Shown here: positions 50,734 through 61,018 of the stretch, one piece after another
How positions within the stretch are numbered: position 1 is the first letter of the stretch
Layout: every line of letters starts with the position of its first letter
DNA from: Myxococcota bacterium
GTDB lineage: Bacteria; Myxococcota_A; UBA796; GCA-2862545
DNA: 64,000 nt
Reading direction: 5' to 3'
Assembly: GCA_039208735.1 (NCBI GenBank)
Contig: JBCCQY010000003.1
Coordinates: forward strand, 64,001 to 128,000
Program-made: the position numbers and the translations under genes
The notes under the pieces: model-generated
Told to the model about the DNA's origin: nothing
What the model saw: only the letters and a program-made list of their open reading frames with translations
Database searches by the model: none

Positions 50734-52017
50734 ATGTCCTCCTTCATTGCTCTGGCCAACCAGCACCTCCGCAACGGCCATGCGGGCCCTGCCGAACAAG
50801 TCCTTCGCGAAGGACTGGCTTCCGATGCGCGCGTCTTCGAGGGATGGTGCATCCTGGCCGACTTGCTGACGCGCCGGCATGCCTACGAAGATGCGCTCGA
50901 GGCCAATCAACGCGCTTTGGCGTTGCTGCCTGATGATCCAAGAGGACTCATCAGCCGAGGTCGAACGCTGCGGGCCTTAAACCGGCGCGAAGAGGCGGTC
51001 GAACTATTCAACCGGGCCCTCGCGAGACCGCCGCTACCCCTGCCGTTGCAGGCGCACGGATTCATGGAACTCGGCCGGACCCTCGACGAATTGTCCCGGC
51101 CGATCGAAGCTTGGCAAGCGATCACGCTCGGACAGCAGATCCGACGCCGCCTGGGGGTCGCGGCGGGCCTAAACAATGGCTGGCTGTCCGAGCACCTTGA
51201 CGCCCTCAACGAATGGCTGCGGGTGCGTCACCACACTTCGCCGATCCCCTGGGATGACCCTAGACCAAGACCCGTGTTCCTCGTCGGGATTCCGCGCTCG
51301 GGGACCACGCTCATGGAGCAGATCCTGGTGGCGGCGGGGTGCGAGAGCACTGCGGAACGTCCGGCCCTCACCGCGGCGTTGGCGGACGTGATGGAAGCCA
51401 ATCCCCATCGGGGCTATCCCGGAAGCCTGGAGCAGTGGCCTGTCGATCTGGTGCGGGCCATTCGGGCGCGGTTCTTCGAGTACGCAGGGTATGGGGACTC
51501 GGTTGCGGTGTTGCACAAGTTGCCCCTCGATCTGCTCCACCTTGGGCTCATCGATCGGGTGTTCGACGGTGCGCCCGTGGTGCTCGCATTCCGCGATCCC
51601 CGCGACACGCTGCTGAGTGGCTACTTCCAAAACCTCGTGCTGAATCCAGCGATGTTCCATTGGACGGAGCCCGAGTCCCTCGCCCGAGCCACGCGCGGCT
51701 TGCTGCAGCTCGCCCGTCGTTATGCGCAATCCCTGACGGGGTTGAACCTGCGGGTGCAGCACTACGCTCGGCTGACCGAGGATCCGTCCACCGAGATGCG
51801 GGCGTTGGTCGAACACGCTCAGCGACCATGGACCGAGCACGTCGCCCAATTTCATGAGACCGCCCGCCACCGGTCGATCGCTACGCCGTCGAGCCATGCG
51901 GTGACGGAGCCCGTCCATCGGCGGGCGAGGGCGCGGTGGCAGATCTACGAACGCCAACTCGCGCCTGTGCTGCCGCTGCTGGACGGGTGTCTGACCTTCA
52001 CCGTCCGAAGCACATGA
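50734..52017 (+). CDS. TPR-containing sulfotransferase
   Basis: N-terminal TPRs; GIPRSGTTL, K.P, RDPRD.LLS, TPS. Confidence 0.9.
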   Translation: MSSFIALANQHLRNGHAGPAEQVLREGLASDARVFEGWCILADLLTRRHAYEDALEANQRALALLPDDPRGLISRGRTLRALNRREEAVELFNRALARPPLPLPLQAHGFMELGRTLDELSRPIEAWQAITLGQQIRRRLGVAAGLNNGWLSEHLDALNEWLRVRHHTSPIPWDDPRPRPVFLVGIPRSGTTLMEQILVAAGCESTAERPALTAALADVMEANPHRGYPGSLEQWPVDLVRAIRARFFEYAGYGDSVAVLHKLPLDLLHLGLIDRVFDGAPVVLAFRDPRDTLLSGYFQNLVLNPAMFHWTEPESLARATRGLLQLARRYAQSLTGLNLRVQHYARLTEDPSTEMRALVEHAQRPWTEHVAQFHETARHRSIATPSSHAVTEPVHRRARARWQIYERQLAPVLPLLDGCLTFTVRST

Positions 52018-52125
52018 TCGTCGCCTAACCGCGACGAGCGCCGGTTTTGTGAGGAAGCGTCCCGTCATGACGTCCCTTTGTCCGGAACCTGCGGTAGAGT
52101 CGCAATTCGCCTTGGAGGAGCAGTT

Positions 52126-53904
52126 ATGGCCTCAACCCTCGTGCACCGCCTGTTCCAGTTCGCAGCTGACCAGCCTAGCGCCCCGGCGCTACACGGACAC
52201 GACCCGCAAGGAAAGCCCACTCTCTTGACGTGGGGGGACTACGGCACCCAGGTTCGTGAGGTTGCGGCAGGCCTCGCGGGGCTGGGGGTCAACGCAGAGG
52301 ATCGCGTGGGCATCATCGCGAACAATCGTCCGGAATGGGTCATTGCCCAGTTTGGGATCATGAGTGCCAATGCGGTGCCTGCACCGATGTATACGACTCT
52401 TCAAGCCGAACAATGCGCGTTCGTCCTGGACCATGCGGATCTCACGGTGGTGTTTTGTGACACCGCCGAGCAAGCGGCCAAGCTTCGCGAGGCGGCGGGG
52501 TCTCGAGCCCTGAAGATCATCGCTTTGGTTCCCTTCGAGGCCGAAGATGTCACGACGCTCGACGAATTGCGGGCGTTGGGACGCGTCGACCTTTCGGTGG
52601 CGCAGGCCCGTATCGATGCCATCGACCCCGATGCGATGGGGCTCTTGATCTACACGTCGGGCACGACCGGCGAGCCCAAGGGGGTGATGCTGCGGCACCG
52701 AGGGCTCACCCTGATGGCAGACGCCACGCTGGATCGGTTCCCCCATCTCAAGAACGGCATCAAGTACGTGTCGTACTTGCCGCTCTGCCACGTCGCAGAG
52801 CAGCTCATGACCAATTACTTCCAGCTGTCTTCGGGGGGCGAGGTTTGGTTCATCGAAGACCCCAAGGACATTCGGGATGCCCTGCTGGAGGTGCGCCCCG
52901 AGGTCTTCCTGGGCGTTCCTCGGGTCTGGGAAAAGATGCAGGCTGCCCTTGAGGCGCGCTTACGTGAGGCCACAGGATTGCGCGCGGCGCTGGCACGCTG
53001 GGCTCTGGCCACCGAGCTACGCGGGTTCGACGCAGACGTGAAGCGCAACGACGGAAAGGAGCGGGTCGGGTTGTTGCGTCGATTGGCGCGTCGTCTCGTG
53101 GTTACGCGCATCAAGGAGGCGATTGGCCTCGACCAGGTGGGCGTCGCGGTGACCGGGGCCGCGCCGATCAGCGAGTCGACGTTGCGGTTCTTCGCCTCGA
53201 TCGGCCTCATCATCTACGAGGGGTACGGGATGTCGGAGACCAGCGGTGTCGCCACATCGGCCGAGTATCGGCGACCCCGCTTCGGTACGGTGGGCAAGCC
53301 GCTGAACTGCGTGGAAATCCAGATTGCCGACGATGGGGAGATCCTGCTCCGCGGACCCATCATGACGACCGGCTACCTCCATCGGGAGGTGCTCACGGCC
53401 GAACTCCTCGACGGGGAGGGGTGGGTGCACACCGGCGACATCGGGAACCTCGATGCGGAAGGGAACCTGACCATCACAGGGCGCAAGAAGGACATCCTCA
53501 TCACGGCAGGGGGAAAGAACATCGCCCCGGCAGAGCTCGAGGCCTACATCCAAAGTATCGAAGGGGTTGGCCAGGCGATGGTCGTGGGCGACCGTCAGCC
53601 CTATCTTGCGGCGCTCGTCACGCTCGACCCCGAGGCGCTCGGCGCCGTGGCCCAAGGAGCGGGGGTCCCGGAGGCTGAGCTGTCCGCCCTCGCCCAGCAG
53701 CCCGAGGTCGCCGCCTGGGTCCAGTCTCAGATCGAAGAGAAGTGCAATGCCCGGGTTGCGCGAGTCCAAACCGTCAAGAAGGCGCGCGTATTGCCTACCG
53801 AATTCACGGTGGATGGTGGAGAGCTGACCCCCACCATGAAGCTACGGCGCAAGGTGGTCATGCAGCGCTACGCCGACGACATCGCGACGCTCTACGCTGG
53901 CTGA
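52126..53904 (+). CDS. long-chain fatty acid-CoA ligase
   Basis: YTSGTTGEPKG, EGYGMSE, TGDIG, GRKKD, LTPTMKLRR. Confidence 0.95.
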   Translation: MASTLVHRLFQFAADQPSAPALHGHDPQGKPTLLTWGDYGTQVREVAAGLAGLGVNAEDRVGIIANNRPEWVIAQFGIMSANAVPAPMYTTLQAEQCAFVLDHADLTVVFCDTAEQAAKLREAAGSRALKIIALVPFEAEDVTTLDELRALGRVDLSVAQARIDAIDPDAMGLLIYTSGTTGEPKGVMLRHRGLTLMADATLDRFPHLKNGIKYVSYLPLCHVAEQLMTNYFQLSSGGEVWFIEDPKDIRDALLEVRPEVFLGVPRVWEKMQAALEARLREATGLRAALARWALATELRGFDADVKRNDGKERVGLLRRLARRLVVTRIKEAIGLDQVGVAVTGAAPISESTLRFFASIGLIIYEGYGMSETSGVATSAEYRRPRFGTVGKPLNCVEIQIADDGEILLRGPIMTTGYLHREVLTAELLDGEGWVHTGDIGNLDAEGNLTITGRKKDILITAGGKNIAPAELEAYIQSIEGVGQAMVVGDRQPYLAALVTLDPEALGAVAQGAGVPEAELSALAQQPEVAAWVQSQIEEKCNARVARVQTVKKARVLPTEFTVDGGELTPTMKLRRKVVMQRYADDIATLYAG

Positions 53905-54025
53905 CCCCACCTTCAACTTTGAAGGAGCACCGGCAAGTGCTGCATCTGCACGGACGCGGGGTCCATCACCTTCATGAATGCACCCGCCTCGGGCACCCTT
54001 CGGGTTTGGCCGCGAACCGGGCGCA

Positions 54026-55447
54026 TCACCCCATGACGTGGGCATCCACCCAGGTGCCATGGAACGTAGGCGGCACATGGTGGGGGAGGGCCAACCGCGC
54101 CACGGTGTCGAGCGTATCGGTGCGCAAAATCCACAACTCGGCTCGCATGGGTTCGGGATTCCACACCACGGTGAGCGCATACCCAGCCGCATCGCCGGCT
54201 TGGGCCACGATGGTCGGCTCGCCCACATGGCACGGGTAGAGTTCGCGAAACCGCACGTCACCCGTGGTGGTATCGACCCGCAGAATGCCACTGAAGTAGT
54301 GGACGGTGCGTTCGGGCGGTTGACCCACGGCGAGAATGGAGGAACCGTGGCGTACCGGGAACTCGGCACCGTAGAGGCTGTGCAACTCGAAGTGGACCCG
54401 TCGCTCGACGAGATCGATGACCAACCGTTCGAGTCGCGGCACGATGCCAGGCTTGTCTCCCGCATACAGGGCGTCTCGGTCGTCGAGGGGAGGGTAGGCC
54501 CCGTAGCGAACCACGTCCAGGCTCAGGCGACGGTCGGTTTCCTCGACGGCATCGGCGATGTGAAACACGAACCCCGGAGGCGCCTCGAGACGTATGGGGG
54601 TTCCGCCGTACCGGGGCACCACCATCACGGTGAGCGGCTCGTCGTCGAAGAGGGTCAGCGCTTGGTACGGCGTCTTGCGGCCGAGGGCAAAGCCCGGCGC
54701 GTCAAAGCGACCTCGGGGGAGCACGAACACCCAATAGTGCTCGGTCAGCCCGAAGTCGTGAACCAGTGAGGGGCTGCCCAGGTGCAGCCGGCGGAGCTCT
54801 TCGATACCCGACTCGCCGATTCGGTGAATGCGCAGCATCGACCGCATCCCGAAGGTAATGCCGAACGCGTGAAGCTCTCCGGTGGCGGGACAAGTGCGGG
54901 GATGCGCCGTGAGGGGATGAACGGGTTGGGCCACCCGGTCAGCCGCATGGTTGACGAGTGCGCCATCGAAGTCGACGGGACCGCGTGTGGCCAGGGTGAC
55001 CGGATCAAGCGCGTAGGGCAGCCCCCCTTCCCAAAGCGCAAGGAGCCTTCCGGCGTGCCAGACCACATTGGTGTTGGCGGGGTTCTTGACCTCAAGCCGA
55101 AGGGTGTTGGCGCGCCATCCCCCCGGCCGATTGGTGCCAAACGACCGAAAGCAGACGCGATCGAAGGCTTCTTCTTGAATGAAGTAGGGCGTGCGCACGA
55201 AGCGATTCGTGTAGTGCACGGTGCCCTTGTCAAACGCCAGACGAAGGACGTGTCCATCACCGTCAAACGGATGGCCGTAGCGCACCGCTCGACGTTCGAG
55301 GCGTCCGGGACCATTGCGAAAGAGTACGCCGTTTAAGGAGGGGGGAACTTGGCCTTCGATGACGGAAAGTTCAACGTTGGTGTGTTCGCTCTTCACCGTT
55401 TGAAGCGCTCGCTCCATCAGCGCTTTCATGACCGGAGGGGTGGGCAT
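54026..55447 (-). CDS. carotenoid oxygenase family protein
   Basis: RNGPG, HPFDGDG; four His ligands (TAHP, VHDF, FHI, FHG). Confidence 0.92.
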   Translation of the reverse strand: MPTPPVMKALMERALQTVKSEHTNVELSVIEGQVPPSLNGVLFRNGPGRLERRAVRYGHPFDGDGHVLRLAFDKGTVHYTNRFVRTPYFIQEEAFDRVCFRSFGTNRPGGWRANTLRLEVKNPANTNVVWHAGRLLALWEGGLPYALDPVTLATRGPVDFDGALVNHAADRVAQPVHPLTAHPRTCPATGELHAFGITFGMRSMLRIHRIGESGIEELRRLHLGSPSLVHDFGLTEHYWVFVLPRGRFDAPGFALGRKTPYQALTLFDDEPLTVMVVPRYGGTPIRLEAPPGFVFHIADAVEETDRRLSLDVVRYGAYPPLDDRDALYAGDKPGIVPRLERLVIDLVERRVHFELHSLYGAEFPVRHGSSILAVGQPPERTVHYFSGILRVDTTTGDVRFRELYPCHVGEPTIVAQAGDAAGYALTVVWNPEPMRAELWILRTDTLDTVARLALPHHVPPTFHGTWVDAHVMG

Positions 55448-55561
55448 TCAACCCGATAACGAGGCGGCCGCACGATTCCACTCTGACGCAAACGGTGGCT
55501 CACACGGAGCGCGGTCATCCTGGACTCATCAGCGGGAACGTTGGTTCCCAAGGAGTCTGCC

Positions 55562-55720
55562 ATGCTTCGTACCGTTGGTTGGTTTGCGACCCTCACGGCG
55601 AGCAGTGCATCACCGGAATCCCGAGACGATGGAACGAGCCCGTCCGATGTGCCGAGCGATAGGCCAGATCCTAAGCCTACGACGCCGAATGTTCCGAAGT
55701 CATCTCCGAGGCCTGCATGA
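55562..55720 (+). CDS. putative 52-aa Pro/Ser-rich small protein
   Basis: AAGGAG 6 nt before ATG; TGA overlaps the next ATG (ATGA). Confidence 0.4.
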   Translation: MLRTVGWFATLTASSASPESRDDGTSPSDVPSDRPDPKPTTPNVPKSSPRPA

Positions 55721-56850
55721 CCCAGCCATTTGATGTTCTCGTCGTGGGCGCCCGTTGCGCGGGTGCCACCACCGCCCTGCACTACGCACGACAGGGCCGC
55801 CGAGTGTTGCTCGTCGACCGTGCGCGGCTTGGATCCGACACCTTGTCCACCCACGCCCTGATGCGTGCGGGCGTCCAAGCGCTCGTGCAGCTGGGGGTGG
55901 AACCGACGCTTCGAGCGCGGGGAACCCCCGTGGTTCGCCACACCACGATTCATTACGGCCGGGAGGCCCCGATCGAAGTTGATATCGTCCCCAAACACGG
56001 CGTCCAGGGCTTGCTAGCGCCGCGTCGCACGGTTCTTGACCGCGTGCTCGTCGAAGCCGCGGTGGACGCCGGGGTGGAGGTTCGATTTGGAACCTCGCTG
56101 CATGCCGTGACCCACGAGGATCACGGTCGCGTCAATGGCGCGGTGCTGCATTGTCGCGGCGTTCGGGAGACCGTGCGGGCGCGTCTGGTCGTGGGGGCCG
56201 ATGGCCGTCGATCCACGGTGGCTGAGCAGGTCGGGGCTCGCACATTGCTGCAGAGTCCGCGCGGAACGTCCAATGCCTACGCCTATGTCTCGGGGTTGCC
56301 CCAAGACACCTACGAGTGGACCTACGATGCGGCAGCTTCCTCCGGTATCATTCCGACAAACGAGGGGTTGGCGTGTGTGTTCGTCTGTGGTGCTCCAAAG
56401 AACGTACAGTCGCGGCTCGCGGCGGACCCAGTGAAAGGGTGGCAACAACTCCTCCGGAGAGCCCACCCCGACGTCGCTGAACGGGTGTTTGCGGGCCATC
56501 GCGAGACCCCGGTGTATCGATTCTCGGGAGCTGTGGGTCACCTCAAGCAGGCCGCAGGGCCTGGCTGGGCCCTGGTCGGTGACGCCGGCTACTTCAAGGA
56601 TCCGCTGACCGCCCATGGCATCACCGATGCGTTGCGGGATGCTGCGCTCCTCGCGTCGGCTACGGACGCTCGAGGCGAGGTGGGGCCGTCGTATGCCGAA
56701 TGCAGGGATACGCTCGCTCGCCCCTTTCTCGCGATTACCGATGCCTTGGCCCGACATGATTGGGACCTCGAGCGCGTTCAATGTCTCCACCAGGCCCTTC
56801 ATGACGAAATGAAGCGGGAACGTTCGTGGTTGTTGGCCCAGGCCGCGTGA
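55717..56850 (+). CDS. FAD-dependent oxidoreductase
   Basis: VVGARCAG, GADGRRS, GWALVGDAG. Confidence 0.9.
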   Translation: MTQPFDVLVVGARCAGATTALHYARQGRRVLLVDRARLGSDTLSTHALMRAGVQALVQLGVEPTLRARGTPVVRHTTIHYGREAPIEVDIVPKHGVQGLLAPRRTVLDRVLVEAAVDAGVEVRFGTSLHAVTHEDHGRVNGAVLHCRGVRETVRARLVVGADGRRSTVAEQVGARTLLQSPRGTSNAYAYVSGLPQDTYEWTYDAAASSGIIPTNEGLACVFVCGAPKNVQSRLAADPVKGWQQLLRRAHPDVAERVFAGHRETPVYRFSGAVGHLKQAAGPGWALVGDAGYFKDPLTAHGITDALRDAALLASATDARGEVGPSYAECRDTLARPFLAITDALARHDWDLERVQCLHQALHDEMKRERSWLLAQAA

Positions 56851-56878
56851 GCCGGAGCCCCCAAGATACAGCGAGGCC

Positions 56879-57940
56879 ATGAAGGTCGATGTCGCGATCG
56901 TTGGTGGGGGGCTTTCCGGCTTGGGTGTGGCGATGGGCCTCCACGAGCGCGGAGGCGACCTGCTGGTCCTTGAGGCCCGCCCCCGACTCGGCGGTCGCAT
57001 GCTTGCCATCGAAGGGCCCCGCGGAGGGCGGTTCGATTTGGGGCCGGCCTGGCTCTGGCCTCACCAAACCCGACTTCGAGCCTTGGCGAACCGGTTTGGC
57101 ATCGCGACCTTCGATCAGCATGTGCACGGGACCACGGTGTTTGAGAATCCGCAGGGAGTGGTGCGACGGGACCTGACGTTGGCCCCGATGGCCGGTTCGT
57201 GGCGCCTCGACGGCGGCTATGGTCGCCTTATTGACGCCGTGGCATCGACCCTTGATCCCGCAAGGATCTGGATCGATGCGTTGGTCGAGCGGGTCCGACA
57301 ACATGGCGACCGCGTTGCCCTCGACCTGGCAGATGGGCGTTCGGTCAACGCTCGCCGCGTGGTCTTCGCGTTACCGCCTCGCCTCGTGGCAGCGCTCCCA
57401 TTCGAACCGTCGCTGTCCCCAGAGTTCAAGACGGCCTTGTCAGGGGTTGCCACCTGGATGGCTGCCTCGGCCAAGGCCATGGCCTTCTATGAAACGCCGT
57501 TTTGGCGCACAAAAGGTCTGTCTGGAGAAGCGATTTCCCATCGAGGACCGCTTGTCGAGATCCACGACGCCTCCACGCACGACGGAGTGGGGGCGGCTCT
57601 TTTCGGCTTCTTGGGCATTCCTCCCGCCGCTCGGCGAACCCATGCGGCCGACCTTCCAGCTGCGGTGCTCGCCCAGCTGTCGTCGTTGTTTGGTCCCGAG
57701 GCCGCCCAGGCGCTCGACGTGGTGGTGATGGACTGGGCGACGGAGCCACTGACGTCGACACCGCGCGACGTGTCCGAGGCGAGCCGTCCCGGGCACCCCA
57801 CCGTGGGGGTCTTGCCTTCCCCAGGGTCGAACTGGGACGACCGAATTGGGCTGGCGGGAGCTGAATGTGGCGCCGACGAACCTGGCTATGCAGAAGGAGC
57901 GTTGCAGGCTGCCGAAGTGGCGCTCGAACGGCTTAACTAA
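56879..57940 (+). CDS. flavin monoamine oxidase family protein
   Basis: GGGLSG, EARPRLGGR, DLGPAW, GYAEGA. Confidence 0.9.
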   Translation: MKVDVAIVGGGLSGLGVAMGLHERGGDLLVLEARPRLGGRMLAIEGPRGGRFDLGPAWLWPHQTRLRALANRFGIATFDQHVHGTTVFENPQGVVRRDLTLAPMAGSWRLDGGYGRLIDAVASTLDPARIWIDALVERVRQHGDRVALDLADGRSVNARRVVFALPPRLVAALPFEPSLSPEFKTALSGVATWMAASAKAMAFYETPFWRTKGLSGEAISHRGPLVEIHDASTHDGVGAALFGFLGIPPAARRTHAADLPAAVLAQLSSLFGPEAAQALDVVVMDWATEPLTSTPRDVSEASRPGHPTVGVLPSPGSNWDDRIGLAGAECGADEPGYAEGALQAAEVALERLN

Positions 57941-58079
57941 GGCTGGACCCTGCATTCAGCAGCGAGAGATCAGTCGGACGCGTCTTGCGCCCCCGCGAGC
58001 CGCACCGGGCAACTTGAGAAAACTGGCTGGGATGTGTCGAAACACGAAGCCGTCGGACGTCTTGTCGATGGAGGTGCTT

Positions 58080-58790
58080 ATGAAGCCCAACGATGTGGTG
58101 TCGCGAGCCGAGTGGCTCGAGGCTCGCAAGAAGTTGCTCGATGCAGAGAAGGCGCTCACTCGGGTTCGCGATGAGGTCTCGGCCCAACGGCGGGCGTTGC
58201 CCTGGGTGCCCGTGACCGAGGCGTATGCGTTTGAAGGACCGTCAGGACCCGCGGTCCTGGCCGATCTGTTCGGCGAATACAGCCAACTTGTGATCTACCA
58301 CTTTATGTTCGGTCCGGCGTGGGACCAAGGCTGCCCCAGCTGTTCGTTCTGGGCCGATGGCATCGAACGGCACGTCGTGCATCTTGCGGCTCGTGACGTT
58401 GCCGTGGCGCTGGTGTCCCGCGCGCCCCGGGACAAGCTCACCGCCTACGCGGCTCGGATGGGTTGGACGACCCCGTGGTACTCGTCATCCAAGTGTCGCT
58501 TCAATCAGGACTTTGGGGTGTCCTTCGACGAAGGAGATGACCGTGCCTACAACTTCGGAACGAGCACGTTCGGGGGTGATGAGGCACCTGGCGTGAGCAT
58601 CTTCGCGAAGGATGGAGAAGGCCGGGTGTTCCACACGTACTCCACGTACGCCCGAGGCCTCGACATGCTCAACACGGCCTACCACTTCCTGGACCTGGTC
58701 CCAAAGGGCAGAGATGAGCAGGATCTTCCCTGGTCCATGGCATGGCTGCGCCGGCGCGACCAGTACGACTCAGTCCCCGAAGCGTCGTAG
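58080..58790 (+). CDS. DUF899 thioredoxin-like protein
   Basis: RRALPWV, YHFMFGP, GCPSCS, HTYSTYARG, LDLVPKGRDE. Confidence 0.92.
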   Translation: MKPNDVVSRAEWLEARKKLLDAEKALTRVRDEVSAQRRALPWVPVTEAYAFEGPSGPAVLADLFGEYSQLVIYHFMFGPAWDQGCPSCSFWADGIERHVVHLAARDVAVALVSRAPRDKLTAYAARMGWTTPWYSSSKCRFNQDFGVSFDEGDDRAYNFGTSTFGGDEAPGVSIFAKDGEGRVFHTYSTYARGLDMLNTAYHFLDLVPKGRDEQDLPWSMAWLRRRDQYDSVPEAS

Positions 58791-58926
58791 GTCGTCCAGC
58801 CTTTTGCGTAAGGGTTTCTCCGCCTGCAAAGCGCGCCAAGGAATCACATCTCCGCTCGTCGCATGAAACGAAATCGGGCGGCCTTGCGCGCGCTCCCATT
58901 CCGCACGCAACAAACTAATTTCCTTT

Positions 58927-58972
58927 GGCGTAGCGCCGAAGGTTGATTCAGACCGGCCTTCGGCGTTGCGCC
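58927..58972 (+). other. 19-bp hairpin in the gap between convergent genes
   Basis: 58927-58945 pairs with 58954-58972; four G-U wobbles and no mismatches on the + strand. Confidence 0.6.
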
Positions 58973-59123
58973 TCGGGTTCGCACGATTTCCAAAGTATTT
59001 GTAGCGCAGCATCCGCTACTTCGCGGATCGACCCCTCCCCAACGACGTTTACTTTGTGGACCAACGACCCGAGAGGGCGACCCGATTCGCTCCAGGGTCT
59101 TCGGTTCGTCAATGCAAGCTGCA

Positions 59124-60392
59124 TCAGCGTTCCACCAGTTCAGGCAGGCTGCGACGACGGCCAGCGATCAGCACCACCAGGCCTACGAACGCCGAGACGA
59201 CGCCAAGGCTTGCCACCGACACGACCTCGAGCCATGCGGTGGCTCGGAGCCACGCGGGGCTTCCGAAGGCGGCCGCGCGAAGTCCGGAGGCCACCTCGGC
59301 GAGGCCTACCACCACGAGCAGCCCGGCAAAACAGGTGGACAACCCACCGAGTGCGGTGACTCCGAAACAGTGGACCGTTGACATGACGGTGAGGTTGAAG
59401 AGGCCCGAGAACAACTGGAGCAGCCCCAGTCGTCGCGTGACGGCAGGATCGAGCACCAAATCGGCTTCGGGCCACGCCCGTGGACCTACGGTCAGGGAGT
59501 CTCTGGCTTGGTCGAGATCATCGGCATCGATGGTTCCCGAGCCAGCCCAGCCGTCGACCCGGGCTCGCGCGGTGTCGGAGGCCATGGGGCGCAGCGCGTC
59601 GGCGAATGCCTCGGCGGAGGGATAGCGGTCGGCGGGCACCCGCTGGAGTGCCCGATGGATCACCGAGTGCAGCGGACCGTCTGGCATGGGCAACTCCCGA
59701 CGGTGCCCCTGGACGATATTGCGTTGGGTTTCAAAGTCGGTTTCGCCGCTGAACGGCCGATACCCGGCCACCATTTCAAACAGGACGGAGCCGAGACTGA
59801 ACACATCGGATCGCGCATCGACTTCGCCTGGATGCTCAACTTGTTCAGGGCTCATGTAGGGAATGGTGCCGAGCGTATGGGCGGCGCGCGTCACGAAGGA
59901 ATCCGCGACCTTCGCAATGCCGAAATCCAGGATCTTCACGTAGGGAGGATGCCCCGGCTCGGCATCCACGAGAAATAGGTTGGCCGGCTTTAGATCACGA
60001 TGGAACACTCGTGAACGGTGCGCGTGGGCCACGCCCGAAAGCACCTGGAGCAGAATGTCAGCGGCTGCGGTGGGCTCGAGCGGTCCTTGGGCGATGATCT
60101 GGGAAAGGTCGTGGCCTTCGAGGTGGTCCATGACCAGCGCGGCCACCCCTTGATCATAGAGGACGTCGGTCACATGCACCAACGCAGGGTGGCGGAGTCG
60201 TGCAAGGACCTGGCCCTCTTTCACGAATCGATCGCGGGCCAATGGATCCTGCTCATGCCCCGCGTGAAGCACCTTGAGCGCGTGCATGGTCTTGAGGACG
60301 CGATGACGAGCCCGGTATACGCTCGATGTGCCGCCTTTGCCCACCAGTGCTTCGATCGTGTAGGAACCGATCTCGGACCCTTCTTTGAGCAC
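59124..60392 (-). CDS. Ser/Thr protein kinase with C-terminal TM segments
   Basis: GKGG, ALK, HRDLKPAN, DFG, YMSPE. Confidence 0.95.
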   Translation of the reverse strand: MLKEGSEIGSYTIEALVGKGGTSSVYRARHRVLKTMHALKVLHAGHEQDPLARDRFVKEGQVLARLRHPALVHVTDVLYDQGVAALVMDHLEGHDLSQIIAQGPLEPTAAADILLQVLSGVAHAHRSRVFHRDLKPANLFLVDAEPGHPPYVKILDFGIAKVADSFVTRAAHTLGTIPYMSPEQVEHPGEVDARSDVFSLGSVLFEMVAGYRPFSGETDFETQRNIVQGHRRELPMPDGPLHSVIHRALQRVPADRYPSAEAFADALRPMASDTARARVDGWAGSGTIDADDLDQARDSLTVGPRAWPEADLVLDPAVTRRLGLLQLFSGLFNLTVMSTVHCFGVTALGGLSTCFAGLLVVVGLAEVASGLRAAAFGSPAWLRATAWLEVVSVASLGVVSAFVGLVVLIAGRRRSLPELVER

Positions 60393-60425
60393 GTGTCCTC
60401 CCCAGATGGGCTCGGGCGACATCGT

Positions 60426-61001
60426 CTAACGCGACTCGGGGCGCTCGGAGACGAGCTGCTCGAGCTGCGAACGGCGGGTCGCCGCGGCATCCGGTGAGGG
60501 GGCCCCTTCATCCACACGTCGCCACACGGTGTGCAGCCGTTCGTAGAGGGCCTGGGTGGTATCTAGCGAAAACCCTGTGAGAAGGTGTTTCTTGCCGCTG
60601 TGCAAGCGGATCAGGACCGCGAGGTGGCGGTTCTCGACGCTCGACACTTCATCCCAGGCGATTCGCTGCGAGCGAAGGCCTGGGGCCTGCAACAGTTGGG
60701 CTTGGGTGGGGGGAGTATCCAGCTCGTCGAGCCAGTCGACGCGAATGCCGCTTGGGTCGAGGCGGATACGACGATAGCGCCTCATCGCGTTGACATGGGG
60801 CGACCGCAGAGGGTCGACCGACATCATGAAGTAGATGGCCGCAACGAACAGAAACCCGAACGGTCCCAGTACGCAAGCCGCGAGGGCGAGAACGGCGAGG
60901 CCCGGCACGAACCGTGCCTGCACCCCAAACCCAGGTGTACGGACCTGGGCGAGCACTGCCCACACTTCCTGTTCGCCGTCGCTCGTATGGTGCTCTTCCA
61001 C
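60426..61001 (-). CDS. membrane protein with PH-like C-terminal domain
   Basis: TM hairpin then IAWDEVSSVE pattern. Confidence 0.6.
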   Translation of the reverse strand: MEEHHTSDGEQEVWAVLAQVRTPGFGVQARFVPGLAVLALAACVLGPFGFLFVAAIYFMMSVDPLRSPHVNAMRRYRRIRLDPSGIRVDWLDELDTPPTQAQLLQAPGLRSQRIAWDEVSSVENRHLAVLIRLHSGKKHLLTGFSLDTTQALYERLHTVWRRVDEGAPSPDAAATRRSQLEQLVSERPESR

Positions 61002-61018
61002 GACCCCTCGTTTTCGAT

